Below are positions 56,352 to 64,000 of a stretch of 64,000 bases of DNA, piece by piece. The translations under genes were made by a program, and so were the position numbers. The stretch is from positions 31,308 through 95,307 of the forward strand of contig JBDRLU010000069.1 in assembly GCA_043812795.1 (NCBI GenBank). Reading direction: 5' to 3'. Below the pieces are notes generated by a model. That model did no database searches and was not told where the DNA came from. It saw only the letters and a list, made by a program, of their open reading frames with translations. Origin of the DNA: Chloroflexota bacterium. Its GTDB lineage: Bacteria > Chloroflexota > Dehalococcoidia > Dehalococcoidales > UBA2162. Positions within the stretch are counted from its first letter, which is position 1, and each line of letters begins with the position of its first letter.

Positions 56352-57122
56352 TTACAGACTCAAGCATGCCTCGATTGAAAGCCAGAATATTTTTTCTTGA
56401 AAGGTCATTTTATCACCGACATATCTTGGGTCCCACTGCTCACCGCTTACATCATCACCAACAGCTAGATACTGCCCGAACTTCACATTTCGGAATTCTG
56501 CGACGGCAATCAAAGCAGAACACTCCATTTCTACTGTTAGACACTTCTCCATTTTTCTTTGAGAAATTTTACCTCTGGTCTCTCTATAAAAGGCATCAGT
56601 TGTCCACGTCCTACCAACTTCGTAGTTTACGTGATACTTCTGGAGTACTCGCTCCAGTTTTTCGACAACCTTCGAGTCCATTTCTATATACCTTGAAGGC
56701 GGTGAGTAGTGATACGAAGTCCCTTCATCTCTCAGGGCTGAACTTGGAATTACGATAGCGCCTCTTTTCAATTCTTGCTTTAGCACACCAGCAGAGCCAC
56801 ACGCAACAAACTTCCTGCAGCCCATCGCTATCAGCTCTTCAAGCATTGCCGCAGCAAATGGTGCCCCCACCCCTGGATTTGCAACAATACATGTTTTACC
56901 GCCGTACTCAATTTCGTATATGCCCGCAGGCATAATGGAGATTAGTTCGGTACTCGTTTGATAAATCTTTTTTAGTTTGCCTTCCTTTTCAAGTTTCATT
57001 ATCAAAGACCCATAAATGGGCATGACACAGTACTTAGAGCTAATAACTTTCCCTGAAACTCTCGTTGGTTCAATAATTGCGCTTACATCAGGGTCGAACT
57101 CCGTCAGTGGTATCTTTTCCAT
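56352..57122 (-). CDS. Nucleoside phosphorylase family protein (PNP/UDP type)
   Basis: GVGAPFAAAMLEELIAMGCRKFVACGSAG..EGTSYHY..TTDAFYRET..VEMECSAL. ATG 57122 avoids overlap with the upstream gene. One hand-counted 60-nt line inside the gene is 30% GC. Confidence 0.7.
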   Translation of the reverse strand: MEKIPLTEFDPDVSAIIEPTRVSGKVISSKYCVMPIYGSLIMKLEKEGKLKKIYQTSTELISIMPAGIYEIEYGGKTCIVANPGVGAPFAAAMLEELIAMGCRKFVACGSAGVLKQELKRGAIVIPSSALRDEGTSYHYSPPSRYIEMDSKVVEKLERVLQKYHVNYEVGRTWTTDAFYRETRGKISQRKMEKCLTVEMECSALIAVAEFRNVKFGQYLAVGDDVSGEQWDPRYVGDKMTFQEKIFWLSIEACLSL

Positions 57123-57150
57123 ATAGCGACTCCAGTTATGGTTCTTATCC

Positions 57151-57735
57151 TCAAGCCGTTTTTTCTTTCTTGAGTTCTTGCCCGACGCTGAAGGCTTTGG
57201 CGACAAACTCGCCAAGAGCGTAATAACGGGTCTCCGGCGTGGAAACATAGGCCAGCGGCTGAATCTTATCGATATCCGGCTTGCCGTTGGTCAGGCACTG
57301 TTCGGAAACATAGGTCTCCTCAATCCGTCCAATCACCAAAGAATTATTGCCGATGTCCAGGATATGGACTACCTTGCATTCCATGTTGAGCGGAAATTGT
57401 TCAATAAGCGGGGCATTACCCAGTTTGCCGTAAAATACTTTGAATTTGCACGCTTCGACTTTATCGTATTTATGGCCGGTAGCGAGGCCGCAGTAATCTA
57501 CCTCTTTGACCATGTCTTTCGAAGCGATATTAATGGAGAAAGTCATGTTTTCCCGGATGCCTTTTAGCGTGTAGCGGACATGTCTTAACCCAACGCTGAC
57601 TATCGGTGGGTCGCTGCTGCTCGGGCAACAGTAGGCAATAGTGGTAAAATTGGGCTTACCATTAACATTAGCACCGACCAGTGAGATGGGTAGCGGATAA
57701 ACCATCGGCCTAGGACCTATTACCGTCTTACTCAT
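57151..57735 (-). CDS. Flavin reductase-like (FMN-binding split-barrel) protein
   Basis: P.VYPLPISLVGA..GKPNFTTIAY......PP.V.VGL is the flavin_reduct domain pattern. Confidence 0.75.
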   Translation of the reverse strand: MSKTVIGPRPMVYPLPISLVGANVNGKPNFTTIAYCCPSSSDPPIVSVGLRHVRYTLKGIRENMTFSINIASKDMVKEVDYCGLATGHKYDKVEACKFKVFYGKLGNAPLIEQFPLNMECKVVHILDIGNNSLVIGRIEETYVSEQCLTNGKPDIDKIQPLAYVSTPETRYYALGEFVAKAFSVGQELKKEKTA

Positions 57736-57769
57736 GGCTTTTCCTCCTTACTGAAATTTTCTTCTCGTG

Positions 57770-59215
57770 TTACGGCTGGTTTTTCTTCCGGTAGTATTCG
57801 ACCATCAGCTTAATCGCTCTCCCCGCCCGGCTCATCGACGCATAAAAAGGGATACCGGCGGTAATGAGCTTTGTCCTGGCTTCGTAAACCGGCTTCCACC
57901 AATAGTGGTCGTAATTATCGATACCCGGGCTCCTCTCTCCGACTATCACCAGCAACGGTTTTGCACTATCCTTCTTTATCTTGATGTATTCGTCGATATT
58001 GTTACTCAGCCGGGAAAGCATTCTTTCTTGGGTATTAAGAACAACACTTGTCCCTTCATTGAAATTGGCGATAAGCAGGTCGAAGTCCGGGTTAGCAGCC
58101 ATCATCCGCAGCATATCCAAGTCGGTAAATTTAAACCCGCCCAGGATGGATACATCCGTCGGGTTCCCGACCCAGTCCCATATCGGAATACCTTTACTTT
58201 TTAGCTCCTGACGGATTTTATCCGGCAGGTTGATAACGTCCAGCCCGGCCTCTTCGCAATCATCGGCGGAAAGTACGCTTGGTCCGCCGCCTCCACCGAC
58301 GATACCCACCCTCAGCCCGGCAATCGGGGGCAAGAAATAAAATGAGGTAACAACATCAGCCATTTCATCGAAATTATGAACGGGAATCGCCCCCGCCTGC
58401 ATGACCAGATTTTCCCATGTCCGGAAAGAGCCGGCCAGTGAGGCGGTATGGGAGGCGGTGGCTCTCGTCCCGGCTTGGCCGCGGCCACCCTTAATGATAA
58501 TTACCGGCTTGACCGGAGTCACCTTACGCAGGGTCTGGAAAAACCGGCGACCATCACGTACCCCTTCAACATACATCAGAATTATCTTTGTCTCCGGGTC
58601 CTACACCATATATTCCAGGTAATCCGATTCATTAAAATCGACTGCATTGCCGTAGCTAATCGCTTTGCTGAAGCGGACACCCCGCAACGAAGCCAAATGG
58701 ATAAAGTTAGCCGAACCGCCACCGGTCTGGGAAGCTAAGCTGACATACCCCGCCTCTTTAGGTAGGTTATACGCAAAAGAAATCCCCTGTCCGGGATAAT
58801 ATAGACCCATACAATTTGGCCCGATGAGGCGGATACCCAGTCTCTTAGCCTGTTCCAATATTTTCCGTTCGAGGTCAGCTGCCTCCGGACGCCCGGTCTC
58901 ACTGAAACGGGCGGTATAAAGATGGACGGCTTTGACCCCTTTTTGAGAACCTTCCTCCAGCATCGGAATAACCTCGGCGGCGGGGATACATGAAATCACA
59001 TAGTCCACAGAGTCCGGTACATCCCTGAGGCGTGCGTATGTCTTGATACCCAGGATTTCCGGATAGCTGGGATTTACCGGGTAGATTTTACCTTTGTAGC
59101 CATACTCTAAAAGATGATGGGTATAGCTGTAACCCATGGCATCGGGATTAGCCGAGGCTCCGAGCACGGCAATCGAACGGGGATGGAGAATTTCGTCTAA
59201 CACGTGTGTCGCCAT
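57770..59215 (-). pseudogene. ADP-forming acyl/acetyl-CoA synthetase alpha-type protein (CoA-binding plus CoA-ligase domains) with one in-frame TAG at 58601-58603
   Basis: ORFs 58601..59215 and 57770..58576 are in the same frame. The read-through is ..NESDYLEYMV*DPETKIILMYVEGVRDGRRF.., a contiguous conserved block of this family. Confidence 0.75.
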
Positions 59216-59261
59216 TAATATACCTCCTCAAGATTGGCACGACGTAAGCGCTGCCGGGAAG

Positions 59262-59933
59262 TTACATTAGGACTACTTCCTTAAGATCGGGAGCGATGAT
59301 AAGCTTTGGTTCGGTTAATGCTTGAACCGCTTCAGCATCCCACCCCGGAGCTAATTCTTTCAAGACCAGCCCTCCGGGCATAACTTCGATGACAGCGATG
59401 TCGGTAACAATCAAAGCGACGCACTTGGGAGCCGTCAGCGCATAAGTGCATTTTTTGACAATCTTAGGTTCACCGTTCCTGGCAGTGTGTTCCATAACGA
59501 CAATCACTTTCTTCACACCAACGGCCAGGTCCATGGCCCCGCCGATACTACCGATACCCCTTCCGGGAAGGAGCCAGTTGGCCAGGTCGCCCTGCTCAGA
59601 AACCTGCATTCCCCCCAGAACGCAAATATCAATATGCCGGCCCCTGACCATGGCAAAGGACTCATCGTGAGAAAAGAAACTCATGCCCGGCTTGGGGGTC
59701 AGGTATTCGCCCCCGGCGTTAATCAGGTCGAGGTCGGCTTCATCGGGAGCCGCCGTCGGCCCGAAATTAAGCGCTCCATTCTCGGTATGGAACAAGACCT
59801 CCCTCCCTTCGGGGATGTAGTTGACGCAAAGGGTCGGGATGCCGATGCCCAGGTTGACCACCATGCCGTCCTGGAATTCTTTGGCAACACGCAGCGCCAT
59901 CGTCTGCCGGTCTAACTTCTGTCTCTCAGTCAT
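59262..59933 (-). CDS. 3-oxoacid/acetate CoA-transferase subunit B
   Basis: LFHTENGALNFGP (catalytic Glu in the ENG motif)..GGAMDL. Confidence 0.85.
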   Translation of the reverse strand: MTERQKLDRQTMALRVAKEFQDGMVVNLGIGIPTLCVNYIPEGREVLFHTENGALNFGPTAAPDEADLDLINAGGEYLTPKPGMSFFSHDESFAMVRGRHIDICVLGGMQVSEQGDLANWLLPGRGIGSIGGAMDLAVGVKKVIVVMEHTARNGEPKIVKKCTYALTAPKCVALIVTDIAVIEVMPGGLVLKELAPGWDAEAVQALTEPKLIIAPDLKEVVLM

Positions 59934-59940
59934 AGCGCCG

Positions 59941-60702
59941 CTAGTGTTCCTCTCTCCGTATCTTTTGTATGATTTTTGTCCTCGCTTCCTGCGGTCTCAC
60001 CACCACCCTGTCCACATAGACCGCCGGCGTGACTATTTCTTCCGGGTCAAGCTTACCGACGGGGACGACTTCATCGACTTCGGCGATGGTAACATTGGCC
60101 GCACCGGCCATGGTAGCATTAAACGTCCGGGAAGTGCCCCGATAGATAAGGTTACCCAGCCTATCGGCTTTGTAAGCCCGGACCAGAGCAAAATCAGACT
60201 TGATGGGATACTCCAGAACGTAGGGGCGGCCATCGATGACCCGTACTTCTTTCCCCTGCTCTATTATCGTGCCTGCCCCGGTCGGAGTAAAGAAGGCACC
60301 GATACCGGCTTTATTCGCTCTGATTCGTTCCGCCAGTGTTCCCTGCGGCACATTCTCTACTTCCACTTCATGCGCCTGAAACAATTTCTCGAAGGGAACA
60401 ATTAGTTCCGGTGAAGCGCGGACCGGGAAAGAGGTAATCGCTTTTTTAATCTGCTTATTCTCACAGAGAATGGAGACATCGTCCCACCAATCAGGAAGAG
60501 TCCGCCCCATCCTTTTCATAATCTCCCGGCCGAGGCCGGTATTATTGCTGACCATGGTCAGGTTCTTCGCTCCCTGCCTTGCCAGCGCCTGGATAAGCAG
60601 GCTAGGTACATTGGCGCCAAATCCGCCAAAGAGGATAACAGCTCCGTCAAAGACATCTTTCACAGCCTCGTCAAAGCTGGCGACCACCTTATTTACTGAC
60701 AT
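59941..60702 (-). CDS. 3-oxoacid/acetate CoA-transferase subunit A
   Basis: KVVASFDEAVKDVFDGAVILFGGFG..the subunit A pattern. It sits 7 nt upstream of subunit B. Confidence 0.85.
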   Translation of the reverse strand: MSVNKVVASFDEAVKDVFDGAVILFGGFGANVPSLLIQALARQGAKNLTMVSNNTGLGREIMKRMGRTLPDWWDDVSILCENKQIKKAITSFPVRASPELIVPFEKLFQAHEVEVENVPQGTLAERIRANKAGIGAFFTPTGAGTIIEQGKEVRVIDGRPYVLEYPIKSDFALVRAYKADRLGNLIYRGTSRTFNATMAGAANVTIAEVDEVVPVGKLDPEEIVTPAVYVDRVVVRPQEARTKIIQKIRREEH

Positions 60703-60786
60703 CCTGCATCCCTACCGTAAACTAAGCGGAGATTAATATCCCTCAAAGTAGCATGAGCAAATTTACTTGTCAAACCTGTGGTCAGC

Positions 60787-61923
60787 CTATTGTAACAATG
60801 ACCGGGCGATAACCATTCGCTGTACTTCCGATGTTCCCTCGTAAATGGTGGTCAGCTTGGCATCACGGAAATAACGCTGCATCGGCGAGTCCATCATATA
60901 ACCGTACCCGCCCAAAATTTGAATCCCCTGCGTTGCCGCCTGCATACATAGCTCGGTGGCAGTCAACTTCGCCATGGCGGCACAGGCGGAGAAAGGCTCG
61001 CCCCGATCAGCCAGAAAAGCCGCCTTATAGGTAAGCAATCTAGCCGCCTCAAGCTGAGTGGCCATATCCGCCAGCATCCACTGTATGGCCTGGTTATGAT
61101 TGATTGGGACACCGAACTGAACCCGTTGCTTGGAATATTCAACCGATTTCTCCAACACTGCCTGGGTAATACCCAGAGCTTGAGCCGCAATCCCGATGCG
61201 TCCGCGGTCGAGGGTAGCCAGACACATTTTCATCCCCTGGCCTTCCTCACCGATACGGTTACTGGCCGGGATACGGCAGTCCTCAAAAGCTAGCTCGGCA
61301 TTGGTGGCCGCCCGCATACCGAGTTTGTCGTATTTCTTGCCCTGGCTGAAGCCTGGCGTTCCCTTCTCAACGATAAAAGCCGTCATGCCGCGCTTGCCCA
61401 GGGCCGGGATATTAGCAAAAACGACCGCAGTATCAGCCACATCGCCGTTGGTGATAAAGACCTTATTGCCGTTAAGGATATAGACATCGCCTTCTTTAAC
61501 GGCGGTGGTCTTAATGGCCGCGATGTCACTGCCGGCTTCAGGTTCGGTGATAGCCATAGCGCCGATTTTTTCACCTCTGGCCAGGGGTACAACAAATTTC
61601 TTCCGCTGCTCCTCATTTCCGTAGTTGTAAATTAGCTCGGTACATAGACATAAATGGCCATCCAGAATATCGGCGGTGGAAGCGCAAGCCCGGGCAATTT
61701 CTTCAGTGGCAATAGCTAGGGAAACAGCATCGGCACCGCCGCCGCCATACTCAGGCGGAATGGTCAGGCCAAGCAGTCCCGCTTCGGCCATGATTTTAAA
61801 GTTGTCCCTGGCAAAGGCTTGTTTTCGGTCAAGCTCATCGGCCACCGGAGCGAACTTGTTGCTGGCCAGCTCCCGTACCGTCGTCTGTAACATCTTTTGC
61901 TCTTCGGTCAATGTAAAATCCAA
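60787..61923 (-). CDS. Acyl-CoA dehydrogenase
   Basis: With TTG 61923 as start (AGGAGG 7 nt upstream) the protein begins MDFTLTEEQKMLQ. Also present are AITEPEAGSD, GYGYMMDSPMQRYFRDAKLTTIYEGTSEVQR. Confidence 0.9.
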   Translation of the reverse strand: MDFTLTEEQKMLQTTVRELASNKFAPVADELDRKQAFARDNFKIMAEAGLLGLTIPPEYGGGGADAVSLAIATEEIARACASTADILDGHLCLCTELIYNYGNEEQRKKFVVPLARGEKIGAMAITEPEAGSDIAAIKTTAVKEGDVYILNGNKVFITNGDVADTAVVFANIPALGKRGMTAFIVEKGTPGFSQGKKYDKLGMRAATNAELAFEDCRIPASNRIGEEGQGMKMCLATLDRGRIGIAAQALGITQAVLEKSVEYSKQRVQFGVPINHNQAIQWMLADMATQLEAARLLTYKAAFLADRGEPFSACAAMAKLTATELCMQAATQGIQILGGYGYMMDSPMQRYFRDAKLTTIYEGTSEVQRMVIARSLLQ

Positions 61924-61964
61924 GCTTTGTCCTCCTATCATTACTGATGGTGTCTTTGTGATAG

Positions 61965-63071
61965 CTATTTTAGCAAAGAGCGTACCCACTCCCGTTTGAC
62001 CCAGAGAGCACAGCCTCCCTCCGTTTCTCTCAGCTCACCATGGTTCCGGCGGATTGCCTCCAGGAATGGTGACTGCAAAGCGTCCTTCAGTGAGGAATCA
62101 CGCAGGTTTATATCGGAGTAGGGGGCAAAGGGACATGGCTCGACGTTACCCTCGGCACTGATATGGATGAACCCTCGCCCGGCGGACAGACAACCCCCGA
62201 TTTCATCTTCATCCCCGGGTACGGCGATAAACAAGGCCGGGTACTGTGAGCGAAAGGAGTCCCGCCGTTGAATAAGACCGGCACGCTGCTCATCGGTAAG
62301 CAGCCAATCTTCCGTACCGGGTTCGACCGGCGTATATTCGACGAAGAAAAACAGTTTACAGCCCAGATTGACTAGGCCCTTAATAAATGAATCGTCGGTT
62401 ATCGTGGCAAAGTTCGACCTGGTTACCGTTAAGGACACACTCCAGAAAATGCCCTGTTTCCGCAACCTCCCGGCCAGTTTCTGGAGTCGAGCAAAGACGC
62501 CTTCACCCCTTCGCCCATCGGTCTCATTTTCGTCTCCTTCCAGGCTGATTACCGGGACGACGTTTTTCTGCTCCTTCAATTTCTTCAGCATTTCTTCGTC
62601 AATGAGGAGGCCATTGGTGAAGACGAGGAAAATGACTTCGGGGTAATCTCCGGTGATGTCCAGCATTTCCGGGCGGAGGAATGGTTCGCCACCAGCGACC
62701 ACGACAAATGAGATACCAAGCTCCCTGGCCTCACCGATAATACCTCTAAGCTTGTCCCCATTCATCTCGGTACCTGCCGGGACATTACGGGCGTGGTGGT
62801 AGCAGCCTTTACAATGTAGATTGCACCGGTTGGTAATGCTGAAAATCATAATCGGCGGCACGTGAGTACCTTGTCCGGCCCAAGCAGCCCTTGTTCGTGC
62901 CGCTCGCTGCTGCCACCTTACCGTCCGGAAAAAGAAAAAGGCCTGGGCGGGACGGGTGATGCTGACCCGTAGGGCGTCTTTAAAGAAGATTTTGAGGGAT
63001 CGGTTAAGGACACGACGGAAGTCGCTGTCCGGCCTGTCTTCCACGCTGGCTTTCAGAGTATCGCTCGCCAC
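61965..63071 (-). CDS. Radical SAM protein (CxxxCxxC) with a Cys-containing C-terminal region
   Basis: FSITNRCNLHCKGCYH, AGGEPFL, and C-terminal GGC...EGNVEPCPF. The subfamily is not recognised. Confidence 0.75.
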   Translation of the reverse strand: MASDTLKASVEDRPDSDFRRVLNRSLKIFFKDALRVSITRPAQAFFFFRTVRWQQRAARTRAAWAGQGTHVPPIMIFSITNRCNLHCKGCYHHARNVPAGTEMNGDKLRGIIGEARELGISFVVVAGGEPFLRPEMLDITGDYPEVIFLVFTNGLLIDEEMLKKLKEQKNVVPVISLEGDENETDGRRGEGVFARLQKLAGRLRKQGIFWSVSLTVTRSNFATITDDSFIKGLVNLGCKLFFFVEYTPVEPGTEDWLLTDEQRAGLIQRRDSFRSQYPALFIAVPGDEDEIGGCLSAGRGFIHISAEGNVEPCPFAPYSDINLRDSSLKDALQSPFLEAIRRNHGELRETEGGCALWVKREWVRSLLK

Positions 63072-63193
63072 AATTTACTCCTCAGCGCTGCAAACTCAAG
63101 TATCTTGTTCTAGCCGTCTTCTTTTTGCCAGAATCTGCAGACAGTATAGTGTTTTTTAACCTATGAACGCAACAACACTTAAAGTGGAGTTCA

Positions 63194-63216
63194 GCCTTGA
63201 TTATATTAATCAAGGC
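63194..63216. other. Perfect 10-bp palindromic hairpin immediately downstream of the DUF4129-like gene
   Basis: GCCTTGATTA-tat-TAATCAAGGC. There is no clear U-tract on either strand. Confidence 0.4.
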
Positions 63217-63229
63217 GAACAGGCCTACT

Positions 63230-64000
63230 TTACTCAGTCTGTGGCTCTTTTTCAAGCAATGACTTGAGCGCCCGCCAGAGGCTATTGGCATCATCTATCT
63301 GTTTATCGCCGGCTTGAAGGTCACCGTAACGCACATCGATATAAAGACGGGTAAGGCCGCTCAGTGGCTCGCCGCTGCCGGGCATTGCCTGTCCCAGCCG
63401 AGTGGAGTATTCCAGCGGTGTCTCATCACGTCGTCGGGGAACTAGGCCCAGGTGGGCCGCTTCCCACAGCAAGCGGCGGTAAATCTCCCGGATATCCAGT
63501 CTTTCCCGGATGTCCGGCCGGCGGTACCAGTCCGGTATGGTGTCTTCCAGTGGCGGTTTACTTTTAGGAGTCAGGCGCTGCCGGAACGATTTGAAGAACA
63601 GGCGCAGGTCAGCCATCAGTCCATCCCAGCTCCAGAGCGACTCATGTATCTCTTCTACATCATCCCTCGTTTGAGCCGACCAGTAGCGAAAGACTGCCCG
63701 GCTCAGCAGGAAGAAGACAAATAAAGTTACCAGGACGAAAAGGCCCCACTTCATCGCCAGGACAACCTGCGGGGAAAGGGTCCGGCTCGCAATTTCGGGC
63801 AGGTCATTCGGTCCGAGCGGTCCTGATGACTGAAAAGGTTGCGGTGGTTGTCCGTGCTGAAACCAGCCGATGATTATCTGCCCGAGATAGACCAGACCCT
63901 GCACCACCAACCCGATGGGGAGAAGTAGGTAATAGAAAGCCTTGAGCAGGAGGTCGGAGGCTGAATTTAAGAGCACGCCGAGAAAGGCAACGACCTGAGA
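63230..64000 (-). CDS. DUF4129-like membrane protein (probably extends beyond the window end)
   Basis: TM helices are followed by ..RRRDETPLEYSTRLG.., which is typical of DUF4129. The frame stays open upstream of GTG 63976 to nt 64000. Confidence 0.5.
   Translation of the reverse strand, partial: SQVVAFLGVLLNSASDLLLKAFYYLLLPIGLVVQGLVYLGQIIIGWFQHGQPPQPFQSSGPLGPNDLPEIASRTLSPQVVLAMKWGLFVLVTLFVFFLLSRAVFRYWSAQTRDDVEEIHESLWSWDGLMADLRLFFKSFRQRLTPKSKPPLEDTIPDWYRRPDIRERLDIREIYRRLLWEAAHLGLVPRRRDETPLEYSTRLGQAMPGSGEPLSGLTRLYIDVRYGDLQAGDKQIDDANSLWRALKSLLEKEPQTE

Noticed and set aside
58601-58603. Pyrrolysine as the preferred explanation for the in-frame TAG.
   Set aside because: TAG is used as an ordinary stop by several clear genes in this window (rny, ymdB-like, PHP, dapB). 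No pyl genes are in view, and this enzyme family is not a known Pyl protein. It is kept only as a low-probability alternative inside the finding.

Overview
Bacterial chromosomal window: sigma-70 RpoD, RNase Y, PNPase, DnaE, ribosomal proteins L25 and S15, and two tRNAs. The gene content and a Pro-Thr-linker lipoprotein solute-binding protein suggest a Chloroflexota/Dehalococcoidia-like lineage, but this is a low-confidence inference. I can support about 60 protein genes, and most are housekeeping. These include rny-ymdB-PHP-plsY, a meaB/acyl-CoA ligase/crotonase cluster, rpsO-pnp-dapB-asd-dapA, purA, an ino1-pimA-like-PIP synthase inositol lipid cluster, dnaE-radC, ogt, a MacAB-type efflux system, and an acyl-CoA/CoA-transferase operon with a radical SAM enzyme. 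There is no rRNA, no CRISPR array and no intact mobile element. The most unusual feature is a tightly packed minus-strand GlgE-pathway alpha-glucan operon (glgE, treS-pep2, glgB). A two-domain KaiC-like ATPase and a stand-alone receiver-like protein lacking the acidic Mg-binding pair sit between glgE and treS. Other points worth a second look: a CetZ/tubulin-like GTPase in a bacterial context; an M50 site-2-protease homolog with CBS domains whose HExxH motif reads RQFAL; dnaE broken by a 1-nt deletion inside the catalytic PDxD motif; an acyl-CoA synthetase (ADP-forming type) gene with a single in-frame TAG; plsY with no canonical start codon; a low-GC islet beside tRNA-Gln; and a decayed serine-recombinase tail next to a low-GC gene. 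All family assignments come from reading motifs in the supplied translations. No database search was run.
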